Virus record (IMG/VR): IMGVR_UViG_3300004463_001172
Location: 45,137 to 109,136 of that record
Reading direction: 5' to 3' (one strand)
Source of the DNA: a virus
DNA: 64,000 bases
Made by a program: the position numbers and the translations under genes. This document shows positions 61,226 through 64,000 of this stretch, piece after piece. How positions within the stretch are numbered: position 1 is the first letter of the stretch; each line of letters starts with the position of its first letter. Under the pieces are notes generated by a model. It made no database searches. It was not told the DNA's origin and saw only the letters and a program-made list of their open reading frames with translations.

Positions 61226-64000
61226 ATGGCCAAAGGCATGATTGACCGTGTGCTATCCCTTGGATGTGGTTTTCTCGGGTCAGCCCTGAGTGGATGGTTG
61301 TTTGCTGATGCGCTATTTGGCCACGGCTTCTCATGGGTTCGGATGCTGCTGCTGATCTGGTTCATGGTCTGTTCTTTGACTTGGGTGGGTGGTTGGATGC
61401 CCTGGAGATCTGCGCGATGACTGTGCAAGCCTCCGTTGATCTGCTCCGCCAAACCTTCTGGTTGACGTGTTTCGTTTTCCGGTTCGTGTTCTGGTTCCAT
61501 GCGCTTGTATTTAGCTTGGTGCTGGTCTATTTCATCAACCTTCTGGTCCCTGCTTTCTGGCTTGATGACGATGCGCCCCTGGGTTATCTGGGCTACTACA
61601 CGCTGTGGGTGGTGCTCGCTGGGGTGTATCAGGGGATGTTCTAACCATCCGTTCTGAGAGAGCGTGTGTCGGAGAGAGGATGCCGATGTGCTATTCGAAT
61701 GGGGCTCCGAGTATCAGTGATCAGGTCGATACCTTGCTCCGTGCGGCGCAACCTCAGATCCAATCGGCGCTGGTGGCGCTGAAGTCCTACACCCCAACCT
61801 CTCGGCAGGATTGTTCTGAGCTGCAAGCGCAGCAAGCGTTGCAGTATCTGCGCAATGCTCTGAGCGAATTACAGGAAGCGCAGGCGGTGCTGCATCGCCA
61901 TTTACCCCCATGGACTTCAGAAGAGTACCCCTGATGCGCCTCATGGGTCGCACGGAAGGAGGGCTGCTGCCGTGGTTGAAATACTCTTGCTCTTTTGTTT
62001 TCTCGCATCGCCACCCTCTCAGCAATTGGGTGAAAGCCGATGGTTCGCTGTCGATGCCGATTCCCTACCAACCATTCAAGCCTGGCTTGACGATGCTCGG
62101 CTGAAAGAAGTCGGCATTGGACATAGTTATATTCAGTCGAACCCTCCTCATGTGCTCCCGGATACATATTATGATGCGGGCCCCTGTGATCTCCCAGACG
62201 ACGCATTCACACATGCCCCATAACTTTGCGCGAGGAATACCGATGAAACGCACCGTGATTGAACCATGCCATGACTGTGGCTCTTTGGTCTTTCATGATG
62301 ATGCGATGGGTCTCGTCCCTGTGAACACCGTCTCGGCTCGCGTGTATATCGGCCTCGCGCTTCAAGCTATTCGGGCCGAGCCGGCGCTCCAAGATCATGG
62401 GGACATCATTGATTTCCTGACCCGCGCCCGTAATGAATTACCTGAAGGCTTTCCTCGCTTCCCGGCCCATCAGTCTCGTGTGCTGGTACTCACCCGCCGG
62501 GCGCTGCGCTGGGGTGTGAACCATCTAGGCGGTCTGGCCCTTGGGGTTATCGGGGGACTTCTGCTGACGTTTCAAGGGCTGGTCTGGCTCAACACCTACT
62601 ACGGAGATGTGGTGAAGGATACGTGGTCCTATACCGATGCCTCGGGGACGTGGGACTGCTCACGGTTGATCGGCCTGCCCCCGCACTGTTCTCGGATGGA
62701 GGCGGGCTACGTGACCTATCTGCATGAGGGTCGGCCCGAGTTCAGCGCGTGTACGGTCACTACCCAGTTTACGATGCCGGAATAGCTTCGGAGGATATAG
62801 AGAGGTATGCCACGATGTGGCACGTCTTTGACATACTCTGCATATTCGTTGGGGGCGTACTCATGATCGGTGGCGTGGGTTACGTGACATTTGAGTCCCC
62901 TAGCTCGTGTATTGGGCCGCTCATGTGTCTAGCAGGTTGTGTGATCCTCCAGCTTCCACGGTATTTTCCTTTACGTTGAGGATTAATGCGAAGATGCTGG
63001 GACTTCTCTGGTCTACCATTGTTCTTCTCGGGGCGATGTTACCACCGACGTTTCAGGGGCCTTCGTATGAGCCAGCCTATGTCACGTCTCGTCAGCTCAC
63101 TGAGGGCGATCCTCGTGTCGTGTCCTGTTCTGGCCTATTTCTTGATCACGATGGCGGTCTCTGGTTGCGCGCCCACTGGCCCCTCTGGTCGACTCGTGAG
63201 TTCCGACAAGATCCCGGACTGCTGATTCGGCGTGAGGGGTCTTCGCTCATTCTCGATCTGCGCCGGCAGTGTTCCTGTCGGTTTCAAGTGATCTCGTCGC
63301 CCCCAGAAGCCTTAGTGGCCATTGATCGTATCGAAGGGCTCGACATCTGTCAGCGGCCATGGTGGCGACGCTGGCTGCCTTAAATACCTCATACAGGTCT
63401 CGGAGCGCATGATTCCGTCCTGGTCGGTCCTTGAAGCGTCCGTTGCTGCTATCCTGCTTCCCCATTGTGCGCATGATCAGCAGCACTTGACACGCATTGT
63501 GTTTTGGCTCCGGGAACACTGGGAGCTGATCGCTCGGGCCTGGTCTCATTAGCATGATGTGCGACCCGATGACCTCAGCGTACATTGCCTCCTTCAGGAG
63601 TTGTGCATGGATAGGCCAGACGAGATTATTTTCGTGCTCAAACTCGCGACGCACCACTTTGATGCAGTGTTTCCTAGCGGTTCGCCACGTCAATATGCGG
63701 TAGTTGACAGTCCCGAGGACGCGGCGATTGTGCTCTGGCTCCGGTAGCGAGAGGAGGATTGGCATGGATGAGGATGCATCTATTTCGTATGCCGCGGCGT
63801 TTACCAGGGTGCGCGCTGGCGGGCTCGAATTTCTTTTTGTCTGCCCACTCTGTCAATGGATGCTGGTGGGTGGGGTTACTCCAGCACTTGGACCTGTCGC
63901 CCGATCAAGCGCATGGCTGGCTCAGGTCTCCTCGCATCTAAGAGGGCATCATGTGCCGGACTCAACGGAGGTGGTTCAGGAGTCCGACCATGGCCTCTAA
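61226..64000 (+). other. Accessory cluster of small hypothetical and membrane proteins
   Basis: Coupled ORFs 61417-61644, 61680-61934, 61934-62223, 62243-62785, ~62810-62979, ~62990-63383 and others; several hydrophobic. Confidence 0.55.

Larger units (their letters stand above)
1..64000. mobile_element. Tailed phage / prophage genome segment (both ends outside window)
   Basis: Terminase, portal, protease, capsid, lambdoid-like replication and immunity modules and dense small ORFs; no host core genes. Confidence 0.95.

Noticed and set aside
1-64000. Alternative genetic code, DGR or retron
   Set aside because: Long genes are intact in code 11 and use all three stops; no reverse transcriptase or adenine-specific TR/VR pair seen

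Overview
The whole 64 kb window is part of one tailed-phage (Caudoviricetes) genome, probably temperate or a prophage. No host housekeeping genes, rRNA, convincing tRNA, CRISPR array or reverse transcriptase were seen. All homology calls come from motif recognition by eye, not database searches. There are four blocks. (1) 1-26.6 kb, minus strand, late operon: terS, terL, portal, Mu-F-like head protein, ChaB-prohead protease, scaffold/major capsid, paired decoration-like genes and a head-tail adaptor. These are followed directly by a 7-enzyme cluster of 3 glycosyltransferases, 2 methyltransferases, a B12 radical SAM and a SPASM radical SAM. The operon is interrupted by several inserted modules. 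(2) 26.7-35.3 kb, plus strand: small early genes behind near-consensus sigma70 promoters. (3) 35.6-56.6 kb, minus strand, replication/recombination arm: RuvC-like resolvase, DUF5131, RecT-like annealase, NADAR, DinG, loader, initiator with iterons, DNA MTase and cII/cro-like genes. (4) 56.7-64 kb: cI-like repressor and accessory genes (degenerate JAB, PLD nuclease, GIY-YIG, Nfu_N). The strongest unexplained signals are: non-coding pentamer arrays with a fixed triplet and variable dinucleotide (17 x GGT-NN at 21.4 kb; AGY-NN at 1.3 and 59.7 kb) that look like guide or code RNAs; the virion-modification-like enzyme cluster; an unannotated DUF2292-like peptide plus terminator (attenuator-like) in front of the capsid genes; repeated single-gene insertions bracketed by duplicated gene-junction sequences; and a catalytically dead tyrosine recombinase.
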